A DNA stretch of 64,000 nucleotides from NCBI RefSeq assembly GCF_009914755.1, contig NC_060942.1. One strand, given 5' to 3'. The DNA comes from the human T2T-CHM13v2.0 reference genome, Homo sapiens. A model generated the notes under the pieces. That model had not been told where the DNA came from and searched no databases. It saw nothing but the letters and a program-made list of their open reading frames with translations. Shown here piece by piece: positions 15,983 through 29,655 of the stretch (position 1 is its first letter; the number at the start of each line of letters is the position of its first letter). The position numbers and the translations under genes are program-made.

Positions 15983-16550
15983 TGTGCCAGTCACAGTCTA
16001 CTAAGGAGACAGAAATCACAGCAGCTCTTTTAACAGAGAGAATCTAATATGCAGAAGTAAGTAGGTATAAATAATTGTTAACTATATTAACTAGAAAGGT
16101 AAAACGAAGATGAAAATGCCAAGACATGTTGGTGGGAGCGCCTGCAGGAGCAGCTGCCACATCTAAGGCTGAGCAATTATTTCTGCTCCCTGCCTCCAAG
16201 GAGTTGGAGGTGAGACCTTTCAGGAGAGGGCACTGGCCAACTGGGGATGGTGTCCCGGAGGCTGGTTCAGCCAGTGTGATACACATTCCAAACGGGAGTT
16301 ATTGCTGCTTCTTCAAGTAACTGCTCCTGTCAAGGTGAAGTTGTAAGACTGTAGTAACATAACACTGATAGGAGCAGGAAATAAACAGGAAAGAACTCAG
16401 TTTGCGGGCTCCTCCAGCTTCATGGTCTCCCTCTTGCACCTTTCACTGGCGAAGTCTTGTAAAGCAGAAATGTAGTAGGCAGAGTCTCAACCTCAGCAAT
16501 GCCAAGTCAAGCATAGATGGATGAGTTCAAAGCAAAAAATCAATAGTGTA
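15983..16550 (-). mobile_element. LTR33-like ERVL solo LTR
   Basis: Antisense LTR33-like 5' region (aaagcagaaatgtagtaggcagagtctcaacctcagca) and 3' region (ggagacagaaatcacagcag). Confidence 0.6.
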
Positions 16551-16858
<308 letters not shown>

Positions 16859-16984
16859 AAGAAGAAGAAAGAAAAAAAAAAGAAAGAAAGAAGGAAGGAA
16901 GGACAGAAGGAAGGAAGGAAGGACAGAAGAAAGGAAGGAAGGAAGGGGAAAAATAAAAAGAAAAGAAATGAAGGAAGGAAAGAA
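16859..16984 (+). repeat. (GAAA)/(GGAA)n purine-rich repeat derived from the Alu tail
   Basis: aagaaagaaagaaggaaggaaggacagaaggaagg..., lying inside the Alu TSD pair. Confidence 0.9.
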
Positions 16985-18887
16985 AATAGTGTAATAATTG
17001 GAATAAGGCAAAAAAAATGTAAGGGAGGACAGCAATTTGCAAATTTATAGAAGGCAAAGCAATGGAAGTATGCATCCAAATGAGAAATAAAAAAATATCA
17101 GAATGTGATTGAAATTGTAATTCTCTAACAGTTACATGAAAGTATCTTTGTAAGGAACACGTAACTGTGGCCTATAAAAAGTACAAGCTGTTGGTGATCA
17201 AATATACTCTCTTTATATTTAATCAGAAAAATATATTGATGCTGAGTGGTGAAATTTTAGAAGATATGAATTCAAAATGTACTTGGGACTCACACTCACT
17301 CTTTTGGAAGGAGATGTAAGGGGAATGCTGAATACCCACTTAGCCCTGGCTCTCTGAGCCTGCCTAGCCCAGGAGATATTTGTCTGTTGCTGAACAGCAG
17401 TAGGAAACTGAGACTCATTCTGATTGTTCAGGTAAGGCCTTATGAACAAAACTAGCAACAGTGAGCGTTTCAGAAGTTGACAGTCCAGCCCCAAAACTTA
17501 ATGGAAGTCGTACACATGACTCTGGGAGAGAGCTGTGTTATGACCACATCTGTGATTGCTCCCTTTAGAAGTAACCCGTTATCCATCTAGAAACCATGAG
17601 AAGGAGCATACACTGGATTTTGTGCTATGTCTGTTTTCTTTTGCCACCCAGCTGATGACTCTCTTTCACTTTTCTCTATTGTTCACACCACAACCACATG
17701 CCAAATAAGATTATAATCAAGAGGAAAACTCAATAATGAATAAGAAAGTGTATTCTAAGAAGATTCGTAGACATTCTTTCTAGACTTACGAAGACATCAA
17801 AAGTTAAAGATTTAAGAATCTTTCTCAGAATTATAGACATGTGACAAAATTATGGGATTCAAATTCACTGGCCCTTAATCCATAGTAATTTTCACTACTT
17901 AATGTCACTCTCCCTAATATCAATATAAACAATTGTAACAGTACCATAAGCATGATGCATATCAATTACAATTGTTTTTTTAAATAAGATGTCAGCTAAA
18001 TGGATGTTACCATGACATGGGCCTTTCTATTTCCATTTAGCCCCATACCCGTGGTTCAAAGAAAGCCGGCTAAAGGTAACCGGCTAACAGGCTACATCTT
18101 CTGTTGCCATCCCCAGAATCACTCTGATTCAGTTAATAAAAATTGACTTAAAGAATATATATTATCAAGTGCAGTTTTAGGGTACAGAGGGAGTAGGAGA
18201 ACTTTTAATTGATTTTAAAAACTCAAGGTTCTAGAGTGCTGGGCATATGGCAGTTGCTCAGTTAATTAGATTACAAGGACATAGACCCTATTACCAAGGA
18301 ATCCACACGCTAATTGAGTCAACATCACATTGGATAAAGGTGGTCTGTAAAATTTCAATCTGTTAAGAGGTACAAAATAATGACCTAAAATGGAGGAGGA
18401 GCACACAAGAGATTTCTGTGTCATCCTTACACAGGAACCAACTTATCTTTTTTTTTCAATTGTAATATACAAAATCATTCATACTTACTTGTATAATTAG
18501 ACACCATAAAACACCTCCCCAAATTATTAGGAACATGTTTATTTAGTCTGATGACAGCTAATGGGACTCCCAAGACAAGCAGCCGACTTTCACATAGACT
18601 GAGTTTCACACACAAATCCTGGAATTAATCTGATGGGGGCACCCACTTAAAATAGAGATGGCCTCCATTCGCATTCCCTTCCCCAAAGTATTTAGTGGAA
18701 CAAAATAAACTGCAGCCAGGTCGGTGCTTTTTCATGAGAGAAGAATCAATATAGGTTTCTAAGGCCCTGGCAAAATGCAGTGACATGATAGGTTATAAGA
18801 GAAAACAGGCTCAGACAAAGAAAGGAAGAAAGAAAATGGGAGCAAGTGACCAGTCACAGAAACCCATTTTATCTTACGTAGTATTGG

Positions 18888-18931
<44 letters not shown>
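18888..18931 (+). repeat. (GATA)11 tetranucleotide STR
   Basis: Uninterrupted gata x11. Confidence 0.97.
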
Positions 18932-18932
<1 letters not shown>

Positions 18933-19439
18933 TATTGTTATAAAAATTAATCATTATATATTAGGTAAATATACCACATCAAATAGATATTCTCAGTATA
19001 TAATAAAAATTGCAATTGTCTTTATTGCTTTTAGCACTCTCTCTTATATTTATTGCTTTTAGCTCTTTCTCTAGTAGGTCAGTGTTTCCCTGAAAATGCA
19101 CAGCAGCCTGAAAAAAGAAAATTTTGCATTTTAAAATACCAGAGTGACACTGGGATTAAAGCTAGGCCCATTTATGCCGGCATATGAGATCTGAGCCTCT
19201 GTTCTCCAAGAATCAGAACACCTGAGTTTTATCAGAGTCAAAGAGACATCAACGAATTCTGAAGAGGAGTAGCAATTCAACAATAATTTAAGATTTGATG
19301 GCAAGTCAACCTACACAGGTTCTCTATCACATAAAAATTCCATGACTGTCTCTAACAAGAGGCCTTGACACTGCTGCTAATCTAGGGATATTCACAAATA
19401 CACTGGGTTGAATCCTTTACAATCACTGTCCTGATTCCT

Positions 19440-20260
19440 GCTTTCAATGAGCTCTTAAATAATTTGTTTATCACTTGAGCCATTTGGTGATAAATGGAGT
19501 TCATTCAGTGTGTCCTCTAATTAATTAGTTTGCTTTCTGTGCTATTAATGGAAGCAGAAGTATATCCATTAGCCATTTGGGAGTTCGCCTGCATGCAGCC
19601 TTTGAAAAAGGCATGCTTCATATCTGTGGAAGGTGCTCGCTCCTCGCAAAGCTGTTTGGGCTTCAACAGGAAGAGAAAGGTCTTTCCAGGCAATCAGATT
19701 TTCCTTTAGTCCAAAAGGGAAAATAAATATCCCCCCGGATTGTGCTTTTCTTAAAGTGCCTATAGTTTCATTGCAATTTCCATCCAAGGCAACATGCATT
19801 TTGTCAGGCTGCGGTTCAGCCATTAGGTTGCTAATTAAGTTAACAAGTGCTGTGTGCAGCTTAATTTGGCAACAAGCTATCTTGTAGAGTGTTCAATAAG
19901 AAAAACAGCATTTCTGTAATGATTCTGTTTTTAAGCTTGGAATTAAGCTAAAAACCACAATGGTCCTCATGATGGGATGTCTGATGCATGCATTCAAAAT
20001 GCAGAAAGTGAGGATATACTATTTTGCACATTGGAAACTCACACCTTTTATTTACAGATTTACTTCACTGTTAGCTGAAATAGGGCTAATTACCTGTGTA
20101 CATTTTAAATTCATCACAATTCAAATGAAATGTGTTTCTCTGTCTTCTTGCAGCTGTCATTTTGCCCAACTGCAAATTGACTTTTAGTAATGAATTTCCA
20201 TTGCAGTTGGCTAATTGTGGGTGTGATTTATCCTCTTGTCCTCCGTTGATCTCTCTTCCA
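19440..20260. promoter_or_regulatory. Candidate conserved non-coding element / developmental enhancer
   Basis: Repeat-free; clustered homeodomain cores CTAATTAATTAG (19517-19528), CTAATTAA (19831), CTAATTA (20086), CTAATTG (20211), and CAGCTGTCA (20151). Conservation cannot be verified here. Confidence 0.4.
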
Positions 20261-20294
20261 GATTCTAGAGGCTAAAAAGGAAATGCATTGGTTT

Positions 20295-20400
20295 ATCTAT
20301 TCAATAAATATTTATTGAACATCTACTATGTGGCAGACTCTGCATTAGGCTCTAGGGAGTCATAAAAAAATGTACATTGAGTAGCTCTTAATGGAGTTTC
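20295..20400 (-). mobile_element. L2 3' end
   Basis: ttcaataaatatttattgaacatctactatgtggcagactctgcattaggc. Confidence 0.75.
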
Positions 20401-20739
20401 CAAAAGAATAATTGTGTTTTTATTCCATCAAAAAAAAACATAGTGTGGGGAGGAATATACCTGGACTAAGACCCTGGAGACTGATGCCTAGGTGTATGAT
20501 GTATAAATATACTTAAATCTTACCACAGAAAGAAAATTAAATATTCAAGCTGTCTAATTTATCTGGGCCTCAATCACTCATTTGTAAAATGGAAAGCGTG
20601 GCCTATTTGTTAAAATCCCTTTCAGCAGATTTCTTGAAAAATCCAAATTGCATCATGATCGACCTTCAACCAAATGCTATTTCCTCAACCTGGAGTTTCT
20701 TTCTCTCCCTTCCTCATTTCTACACGTTAAAAGACCACT

Positions 20740-20885
20740 CAATAGGGTGTGGAGTCTAGTTAATTGTATTGTACCAATGTCCATTCCCTGGTACCACTGG
20801 GGGAAGCTAGATGATGAGTACAGGGGACCTCTCCATGCTATTTTTGCAACTTCTTGTGAATCTATTATTTTAAAATAAAAAGCTT
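20740..20885 (+). mobile_element. L1ME 3' end fragment
   Basis: cactgggggaagctagatgatgagtacaggggacctctccatgctatttttgcaacttcttgtgaatctattattttaaaataaaa. Confidence 0.7.
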
Positions 20886-22558
20886 TCTTAAAATGACCAA
20901 AATTCACACCTACCTCAAAAATGAAATCAAAACTGCAATCAATCTCTTCTTATCTTCCCTCTATTGTAACATTCTGACTACATTAGAGTAGTTGCAAACA
21001 CACCAGCCTCTCTTGATTTTAAACTTTGAGAGCTGGAACTCAATCTTATTTATCTGTGTATCCTCCACAGACTTTAGAATAGTTGCTGCTCTAACCCAGG
21101 TTAATTTAATTAAATTCAACAAACTAGGTTCAAAACACTGGTTAAAACAGTTCTTTACATCTCTTATCTCATCAGGGAAGCTTTGCCTTACATGCTGCTT
21201 TTCCTTTCGTGGCATTCAACAGAATCTGTATGCAGAATGTGTTTAGGCATACTGCTCACATACTCATTTTCTCAAGGTGCCTACCAGTAAAATGTGACTG
21301 GTAGTAACACTCACCTGGTTACCAAGGACAAAGAGATTTAATTAACCAGTTATGGCAGAATATAGTATATAAATAATGGAGCATGAGAGAAATAGGGGTT
21401 ATGATGTATAAATATTCAGATCCTGCAAAATCTTTTTCTGGATTTGGTTTCAAATGGAAGAAAATTAAAATAAAGTGCATTTCTATTTGTTTCTGATGAT
21501 GCTTTCTGACACCTTGAGCTCCTAACATTAAAACGTACATACATAATGTAGATATATGGAGATTAACAAGACAAGAAGTCACTCCAAAAGGTCATTTCCA
21601 ACCACCTATGTCTTGTATGTGTTGGTAGCAATTGGTAGCAGTCGGAATCAGCCATCTGTAGCTGCTAAGATAAAGACTGCTATGCCTATATATTTTACTA
21701 CTTGTTAAATATAGGTAATTGCAAATGATTAATGTGTAGTTTCAGTAAAATCTATTGAAATGCCAAAATACCAAACGACTTTAGTTCAGCAGCTACTACT
21801 GTTTGAGAATATAGGTAAACTATTGAAATAAAAAAATAATAACATCCAGGATAGAAAAACTGCAAAAGCTAATAAAATTTTTAATTGTTTGTAATGTATG
21901 ATTTAAAATGGCATTTGCACTTGATTTTTTCCTCTAGGAATAATTGATAGCTGTCTTGAAATATTCCAATCATGTATAAATAGGGAGAATGTTATCATTA
22001 ATGGTTATTCATTTTCCCAAAACTTGATGAGTATAAATCTAAATTCCACTTTATCAAAAATGTAAATAAAACTATACAAATATTTTACTATTTGTCTACC
22101 TAGCTTGAATGCCAGTTAAATTTTAGGCTAGTTTTGTATTAGCGTTCCTTTCTATAATCACCTTTGATCTCGAACATAAGGTAGGGAAACTTAGGCATCT
22201 ATTATATATAAAAGTTGCTCATCTGACAAGTAGGATGGTTACAACAAATATGGCCAAGAGAATTAATATAACCGCATCCACCAATCTGTTTACTTCTTTG
22301 AATTATTTTGAAGGCCTTGATAAAATGAAGAAGCTACCATGCTGGATGTGTTAAAACACAATATGGATTTTAGTTTTGTGAATTAAGACTGATATGAACT
22401 CATACTAGAAAGCTAAAGAATTAAAATTGAATGTCCATCTATATGCAATATTAATAGGCAACAGAAGACATAGTGTGAGTCCTACCATTGCAAGTGGTTA
22501 TTTATATAGGAGTCATTAGTTGTCTGAAGAGCTGTCATGAAAGTCACAAACTATGTTA

Positions 22559-23025
<467 letters not shown>

Positions 23026-23029
23026 CAGC

Positions 23030-23850
23030 TGAACTGATCACATGGTTTTTGTCCTTCATCCTGTTGATATGATGTATCACATTGATTGATTTGCATATGT
23101 TGAACCATCCTTGCATCCCTGGGATAAATCCCACGTTGTAATGATTAATGATCTTTTTAATGTATTGTTAAATTCGGTTTGCTTGCATTTTGTTGAGGAT
23201 TTTTGCATCAATATCCATCAGAAATATTGGCCTGTAGTTTTCTTTTAAGTTTTTTTGTCTGGGTTTGTTATTGGCAGTATTGGCCTTATAGAATGAGTTT
23301 GGGAGTGTTCCCTCCTCCTCTATATTTTGGGATACTTTGAGTAGTTTTGGTATTAGTTCTATAAATGTTTGGTAGAATTCAGCAGTGAGGCCATGAGGTC
23401 CCTAGCTTTTCTTTTATGGCTTCCATCTCATTACTTGTTTGCTCTGTGCAGGTTTTGGATTTCCTTATGGTTCAATCTTTGTAAGTTGCATGTGTCTAGA
23501 AATTTACCCACTTCCTCTATATTTTCCAATTGGTTGGGATGCAGTTATTCATAGTAGCCACTAATGATCCTTTAGATTTCTGCACTATCAGTTGTCATCT
23601 CTCCTTTTTCATCTCTCATTTTTATTTGGGTTTCTCCCTTTCTTACTTAGCCTGGCTAAAGGTTGTCAATTTTATTTATCTTTTCCAAAAAAACAAACTT
23701 TTCATTTTACTGATCTTTTGTATAGTTTTCTTCATTTCAAATTATTTTATTTCTGCTCTGACCATTATTATTTATTTTCTTCTACTAATTTGGGATTTGG
23801 TTTGCTCTTGCTTTTCTAGATCTTTAAGATGCATCATTAGGTTTTTTACT
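23030..23850 (-). mobile_element. L1 (L1PB/MA) ORF2 fragment, antisense
   Basis: ttgattgatttgcatatgttgaaccatccttgcatccctgggataaatccc and gaatgagtttgggagtgttccctcc. Confidence 0.9.
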
Positions 23851-23974
23851 TGTTTTTTTTATTTTATTAGCTTCTTAATAAATCTCGGCCTCTGTTTGAT
23901 AAGTTCCTACTTTTCTTCAGAAACAGTGCTGTTTTGGCCTTTACTCTTCTATATAAATTTTGTTTTTAAAACAT

Positions 23975-24490
23975 TTTAATAAAGTTTGTTGTATGTACTT
24001 AAGGTATACAATAAGATATTATGGAATTTATATAGATTGTAAAATGTTTACTATAGTGAAGCAAATTAACATATTCATTATCTCACACTCATCCATTATG
24101 TAAGGTAACAGTGGCTAAAATCTGCTCAGTTAGCAAATTGTTGGACACCTTTCTTTACATATTTGACCATTTTTATGTATTCTTTTGAGAAATGTATATT
24201 CAGGTCCTCTGCCCATTTCTTAATTTGGTTATTTAATTTTCTGCTGTTGTGTAAGTTATTTGTAAATTTTGGATATTACCCCCTTATCAGGTATATGGTT
24301 TGCAAATATTTTTTCCCAATCTGTAGATTGCCTTTTCATTTTGTTGATTGTTTCTTTTGCTGTGCAGAAGCTATTTCATCTGATGTAGTTTCATTTATTT
24401 AGTTTGTTTTTGTGGCCTGAGCTTTTGGTGTGATACCCAAAAAAATCATTGTCAAGGCCAGTATCAAAGCCTTTCACCTATGTTATTTTT

Positions 24491-24532
<42 letters not shown>

Positions 24533-24890
24533 AGAAGGAGTCCTGCTCTGTCGCCCAGGCTAGAGTGCAGTGGCGCGATCTCTGCTCGCTGCAAGCTCCG
24601 CCTTCTGGGTTCACGCCCTTACGCCACCATTCTCCTGCCTCAGCCTCCTGAGTAGCTGGGACTACAGATGCCCGCCACCAGGCCTGGCTAATTTTTTTGT
24701 ATTGTTAGTAGAGGTGGGGTTTCACCGTGTTAGCCAGGATGGTCTTGATCTCCTGACCTAGTGATCTGCCCACCTCAGCCTCCCAAAGTGCTGAGATTAT
24801 AGGCGTGAGCCACCATGCCCGGCCTATGTTTAGGTTTTTAATTTATTTTTAGTTGATCTTAGTGTTTGGTGTAGTATAAAAACTCAATTT
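23975..24890 (-). mobile_element. L1MA 3' end and ORF2 pieces, interrupted by an Alu
   Basis: aaggtatacaataagatatt...gcaaattaacatattcatt; ttttgagaaatgtatattcaggtcctctgccc; ttttgctgtgcagaagct. Confidence 0.8.
24494..24824 (-). mobile_element. AluY-type element with long poly(A) and a small internal duplication
   Basis: gcaagctccgcc and ccgtgttagccaggatggtct diagnostics; acgccc-tt-acgcca insertion. Confidence 0.95.
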
Positions 24891-24899
24891 CAATAACGT

Positions 24900-26100
24900 T
24901 ATTAAGTCAAAAACTGTTTAGATTTTGATTGTAAATTTATTGACCCTATAGATCAATTCAGTAAGAATTCATATATTCACATACTCAGTGTTTCTGTGCA
25001 TGATCTAATAGCCCTTGAAGAATTTTTGTGTTTAAAGTATTTTTTATCATTTCCCTACAAATTTCTTACATTTCCTTTGTTTACTTATCCCTAATCGTAT
25101 TTAATACTCTCTGATAATATTATATCTGTTATCTTCTCTTTAATTGTTAAGTACTTTATTACTGGGTATAGAAGTTCAACTGATTTTTTAATTTTATATC
25201 TAACTCTCTTGGGGAATATATTTTTGTAATTTCTAATGATTTGCTTGTAGAATCTTTTGGATCATCAAAAAAAATTCTATCATCTAGAAATAATAATGCA
25301 GTTATACCTCAGTATACAGAACAGGATTTTTCCAGGACCCCTGTGATACCAAAATCCATGCATAGTCAAGTATCCCAGTTGGCCCTGCAGAATCCATGAA
25401 TGAAAAAGCCGGCCCTCAGTACACCCAAGTTTTGCATCCTCAAATACTATGTTTTCGGTCCACATTTGATTGAAAAACATCCGTGTGTAAGTGGATGCAC
25501 ACAGGTCAATCTGATGTTGCTCAAGGGTCAACTGGATTTTAATTTCCTCCATTTCACTCCTTATTCCTCTAATTCCTTTTTCTTGTTTCATTATACTATT
25601 TGGGGTTGCCGTTAGAAGTAATGAGTGGACATCTTGTGTCATTCCTTCTTTTAAAGAATATGATTTAATGTTTCTTCATTTAGGGTGATATTTGCTCAGA
25701 TTTATTATAAATGATATGCTTATCGGAATAGGGAAGTTCTCTTCTATTTTCAATTTACTGAAAGTTTTATGTTAAAGAGTTATTTATTGTATCAGATGGC
25801 TTTTCTATCTAATAAGATGATTATTTGTTTTCTCTTTTGATTTGTTAATGTGATGAACAATATTCATGGATTTTCTGATGGAAACTATTCTTGTGTACCT
25901 GGAATAAACCCACTTATGGTATATTGTCTCTTTAAATATACATTTGCATTCAAATTGCAATTTTGCTTAAGATTTTACACAGGCCTGAGCTTTGTCTTTT
26001 TTATAACCTCTTTTTTTTGTTGTTTTGTGATAAGAATTGTACTAACCTTGAATGAGTTGGGTAATGTTTCTTCATTTTCTATTATAAATATTTGGAGGAA
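24900..26100 (-). mobile_element. Old L1M(E) ORF2 remnants
   Basis: Degenerate antisense motifs gagtggacatcttgtgtcattcc, ggaagttctcttctatt, ctggaataaacccac and gaatgagttgggtaatgtttcttc. Confidence 0.65.
25299..25534. mobile_element. MER8 (TcMar-Tigger) MITE
   Basis: cagttatacctcagtatac...gttgctcaagggtcaactg termini; CpG-decayed MER8 body. Confidence 0.85.
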
Positions 26101-27135
26101 CAAAAACATATGTCAATGTATACTTTTTTGCTGGAATTTCACAGGAAATCTATTACAGTGGTCACATTGGAGAGGAGGGATAAAGACTTAGGGGACAGGG
26201 AGTGATGAAGAGGGAGAGGGAGGCCTCTATTTTCATTATAGTCTCCTCAGGCTGTTTGCTTTATTCACCATGTTCATGTATTACATTATTTCTTTTGGAA
26301 AAATTTTGAAGAATAAAGTCTTCCATCTATCACAAATACAAAGTAAACTCTTTCCATTACCCCCTTTATAACAATATTACAGTAGCCTTCAGGGCATACT
26401 CACAGAGCTCAAGTGAACCCCCTGGTGCTGACTTGCAATTCAGATTTTTACTCTATCCCTTAGAATTTATTTCTCTACACGAGTGTTTTGCTGCCCAGCA
26501 TCCAGAGGTTCACCGTCCTAGGAACTAACCTGGCTTTCCATCTACAGGAACCCATACTCCTCCACTCTTAGTGCTTATGGGCAGGCAAAGCCCTCTCTAG
26601 CTTTAACTTTGCCCAATTTAGGCCAAGGGGCAGCACACTTTTGGAATTCATACAGTTAGACAGTTAGGAGATGTAGTAGCTGGGGCTCTGGTAACATTCC
26701 CGAGTCTCTGAATCAAACTGGTTTTGAAGCTCCAGACATACCCAGTGACTTTTCCATTACCTGAACAAACAAGTCTATTTTCTGTATGCGTCCATGTGAA
26801 TTGGGTCTCATTTTACTTGTTATACAAAGTTTCTTAAATGGCAGCAGAGAAATTTGCCAAGCAATTTCTATCTCTGAAGAAAGAAAGATACAAGAAAAGC
26901 AGTGACTACAATCTCAGTAAAACATGGTTAAGACAAATTAACAGTCCGTATTCCAGGAAATGTTACTTTTTCAAATTAGTTGCATTGCTTTAATAACCAG
27001 ATTTAGACTATAGACTCCTGAGACAATGGTCTCCTAAGCAGAGGTAGTAAAGCTAGGTGAAAAGTTCATGGTCCCTGCTGTAATCTTGACATCTCCATTG
27101 GTGACATTAAAGATTAATTTTGTGTTTTTGGAGCT

Positions 27136-27256
27136 CATTTTATCTCATGCGACTCTTACAAAAACCCTGCTAGGAAACATTATTATGCTCATTGTGGAGT
27201 TGGGCATAACAATGTTTCCTAGCAAGGTTTTTGTAAGAGTCTCATGAGATAAAATG
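27136..27256. repeat. Near-perfect inverted repeat (56-bp arms, 9-nt loop), MIR-derived
   Basis: 27136-27191 is the reverse complement of 27201-27256 at 52 of 56 positions. Confidence 0.95.
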
Positions 27257-28459
27257 TTTGACATAGAATAAGTGTTCAATAAGTCACAGCACATTGTGAT
27301 ATTAGACTTATTAACAGAAGTCTTGTATGTTATGTGAACAGAAATGGCCTAGGGCTTTACTATACTGTGGTGTCTGAAGTTACAAGCCAGCCCTGATTTT
27401 TTTTTTCAGTTTGATATATATTTCTTTTCAGTATTTCCTTCCTCATCCAGCATGGAAAAAACCCAAAGGTTGTGCCCAGTGTACAGTTATCAGCCCTCTT
27501 CCTCTCATGGCTGTGACCCACACTTTCAGCCTGAACACCTCCTGACTCTTGTCCCTGTTTGCATAATTGTCAGTAGTGGTGCTGGTAACTGCGCTGTTTT
27601 CTTCCTCTGGGGTCACTACTGCTATTGCATGGCTCACACTGTTCATCTATTGGACCCCGTTGCTGTTGGGGGCACTGGGATCATTGCCTTTGCCACTTCC
27701 CACAGCAGTTTCCAGCTGCTCTGCCTTGCTTCCATGGCCAGCTGCTCTGAGCTGTTTCTTCCTCTCACCCCCAGGCTGATGAATTCTACTCCACAGCACT
27801 GGATGAAACCTGCAGTGCCATTTTCTCTAAATCACAACTCCAACTTTCAATTCATGAAATACCAATGTGTAATTTTAACAAAAGGCTTACCTTACTCTCA
27901 GTCACCAAAACAGCTCTAGGAAATATTTTTCTATTTGTGTATTTCCATTATGGATTACAGCTTTCTCCTCTAATATAGCATGTGGCTATAAAGTAGTGGG
28001 TATAAATGTGGTCCAATTTATTTTTCATGCAATAAATATGAATTTAATGTTTTATTATAAATTGCTGCTAGTGTAAAACTTTACTTCTTATAATAGCATA
28101 CTTTATTATTTTTGAAGTTGCCAAGATGATCTTTTTTTTATTTGTATAGTTGGTAACTTTATTTTGCAATTGACAGATATAATTTCAAACTAGGATATGC
28201 CATCTCCAAAAAGCAAATAAATAGTATTTTCATGTGAGTAAGGAGAAAGAACAGGCCTCAAATAAAAGTGGAATGATATAAAGGATCATGTTTCAATTTT
28301 ATAGTCTTTCTGTCTATGATACAACATTTGACTTGTAACCTTGCTTTTACACTCACCATCTGCATATCGCTATGATACAGGAAATGTGAGATGAGTCCAG
28401 GTCACTTGGATCTGTAATATTAAGTAAGAACTTAACATCTAAATAGAATGAGCCTGGTC

Positions 28460-28660
28460 TGGAGCAGTGTACTAGAAGTCATATAATTTCTATCTCCCAG
28501 TCACCAGTCATTTGTTATGTCCTTGAGCAAATCATTTAACCTTTCTATGCCTCAGACTTTTAAATGAAATAGGATAATACCCACTCTGATCACAGATATT
28601 CACAGACAATTAATGAAAAGGAAAAGTGTATGGCATTTTACATAAATGAGGGTTAGAAAA
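28460..28660 (+). mobile_element. MIR
   Basis: ccttgagcaaatcatttaacctttctatgcctcagac...aggataatac. Confidence 0.6.
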
Positions 28661-28789
28661 AAATAATTCCTGGGCAGTAATTTGCAAACAAGCCAGATCT
28701 ACATCTGCTACCACCTTTCTATGTGCAGATTCCTTGTTAACCTCAAGGGAGGGAGACAGACACATAATTCTAGCTAGGAGCCCAGACTA

Positions 28790-28980
28790 ATAGAATACTA
28801 ACAACATCTATCAGGCACTTACTACATGCCAGACACTGCTTTAAGTGCTTTACATATATTACTTCTATTAATCCTCACACTAACTCTACAAGGCAGGAAC
28901 TCTTGTTAGCCCGTTTAGCAGCTGGGGAAAAGTAGGCACCAGGAGATTAAGTGGAATGCCCAAGGTTATATGGAGCTATG
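28790..28980 (-). mobile_element. MIR
   Basis: gcacttactacatgccagacactgctttaagtgctttacatatatt...aatcctcac...gcccaaggtta. Confidence 0.8.
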
Positions 28981-29655
28981 TCTAATTCTAATGGTTTTAT
29001 CTAGAATCTGGACATCTAGCCACCGCCTGGCAGGCACAGCCATCCATCCCACTCTTCTCCAATGCCTGCCAGGGTAAGAATAGGCCTGTGCTTATCTGGG
29101 GCTAATATCTGGATGGGCTTTCTTTTCTGAAACACTGAGAGTTGTCCCAGGAAAACTCATCCAAGTGGAAGAGATGAGTAAGAAGCACAGATCTGGATCA
29201 AAACAGTTAATGATGGAAGAGATGGATGATTTTTTTAACAGCTTGATGCTTGTAACTTGCAGTGCTCTCTGGACAGGACAGCCACTCAATAAGTCAACGG
29301 ATAATTATTGAGTTCCTACTATGTTCCATGTCCTGTTGTTGCCACTGGAGATTCATCAGGGACCAAGAATGAGTCTCAGTCTTTCTTTGAAACAATTCCT
29401 TCTTAATGGGGCAGTAGCGGGTGGGGGTAGGGGAGATTTGGGGAACGAGAGTGGGGGATGTGAGAAGAGAATACACAAATAAAAAGCAAGCAATAAGTAG
29501 CATCCTTTTAGATACTAAAAATTATTCGGACAAAGTCAGAGAAAAGGCTTGTTCCTGAATCATAGAGAGAGGAGAAGAGAACTAAAGGAGCTGTTTCTTG
29601 AAAAGCCATCAATCATCATTAGAAGCAGAGTTTATAGTTTTCACAATAGTGGTAC

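Noticed and set aside
17227-17437. Possible exon bounded by tttaatcag and CAG/GTAAGG
   Set aside because: Isolated splice-like motifs are common by chance (likewise CAG/GTGAGT at ~6620), and there is no ORF or partner exon to support it.
23530-23979. 149-aa hydrophobic ORF resembling a membrane protein
   Set aside because: Antisense reading of T-rich L1 ORF2 sequence.
27452-27919. 155-aa ORF in unique, slightly GC-richer DNA
   Set aside because: No recognisable domain, splice context or promoter; overlapping frames are also open; consistent with chance.
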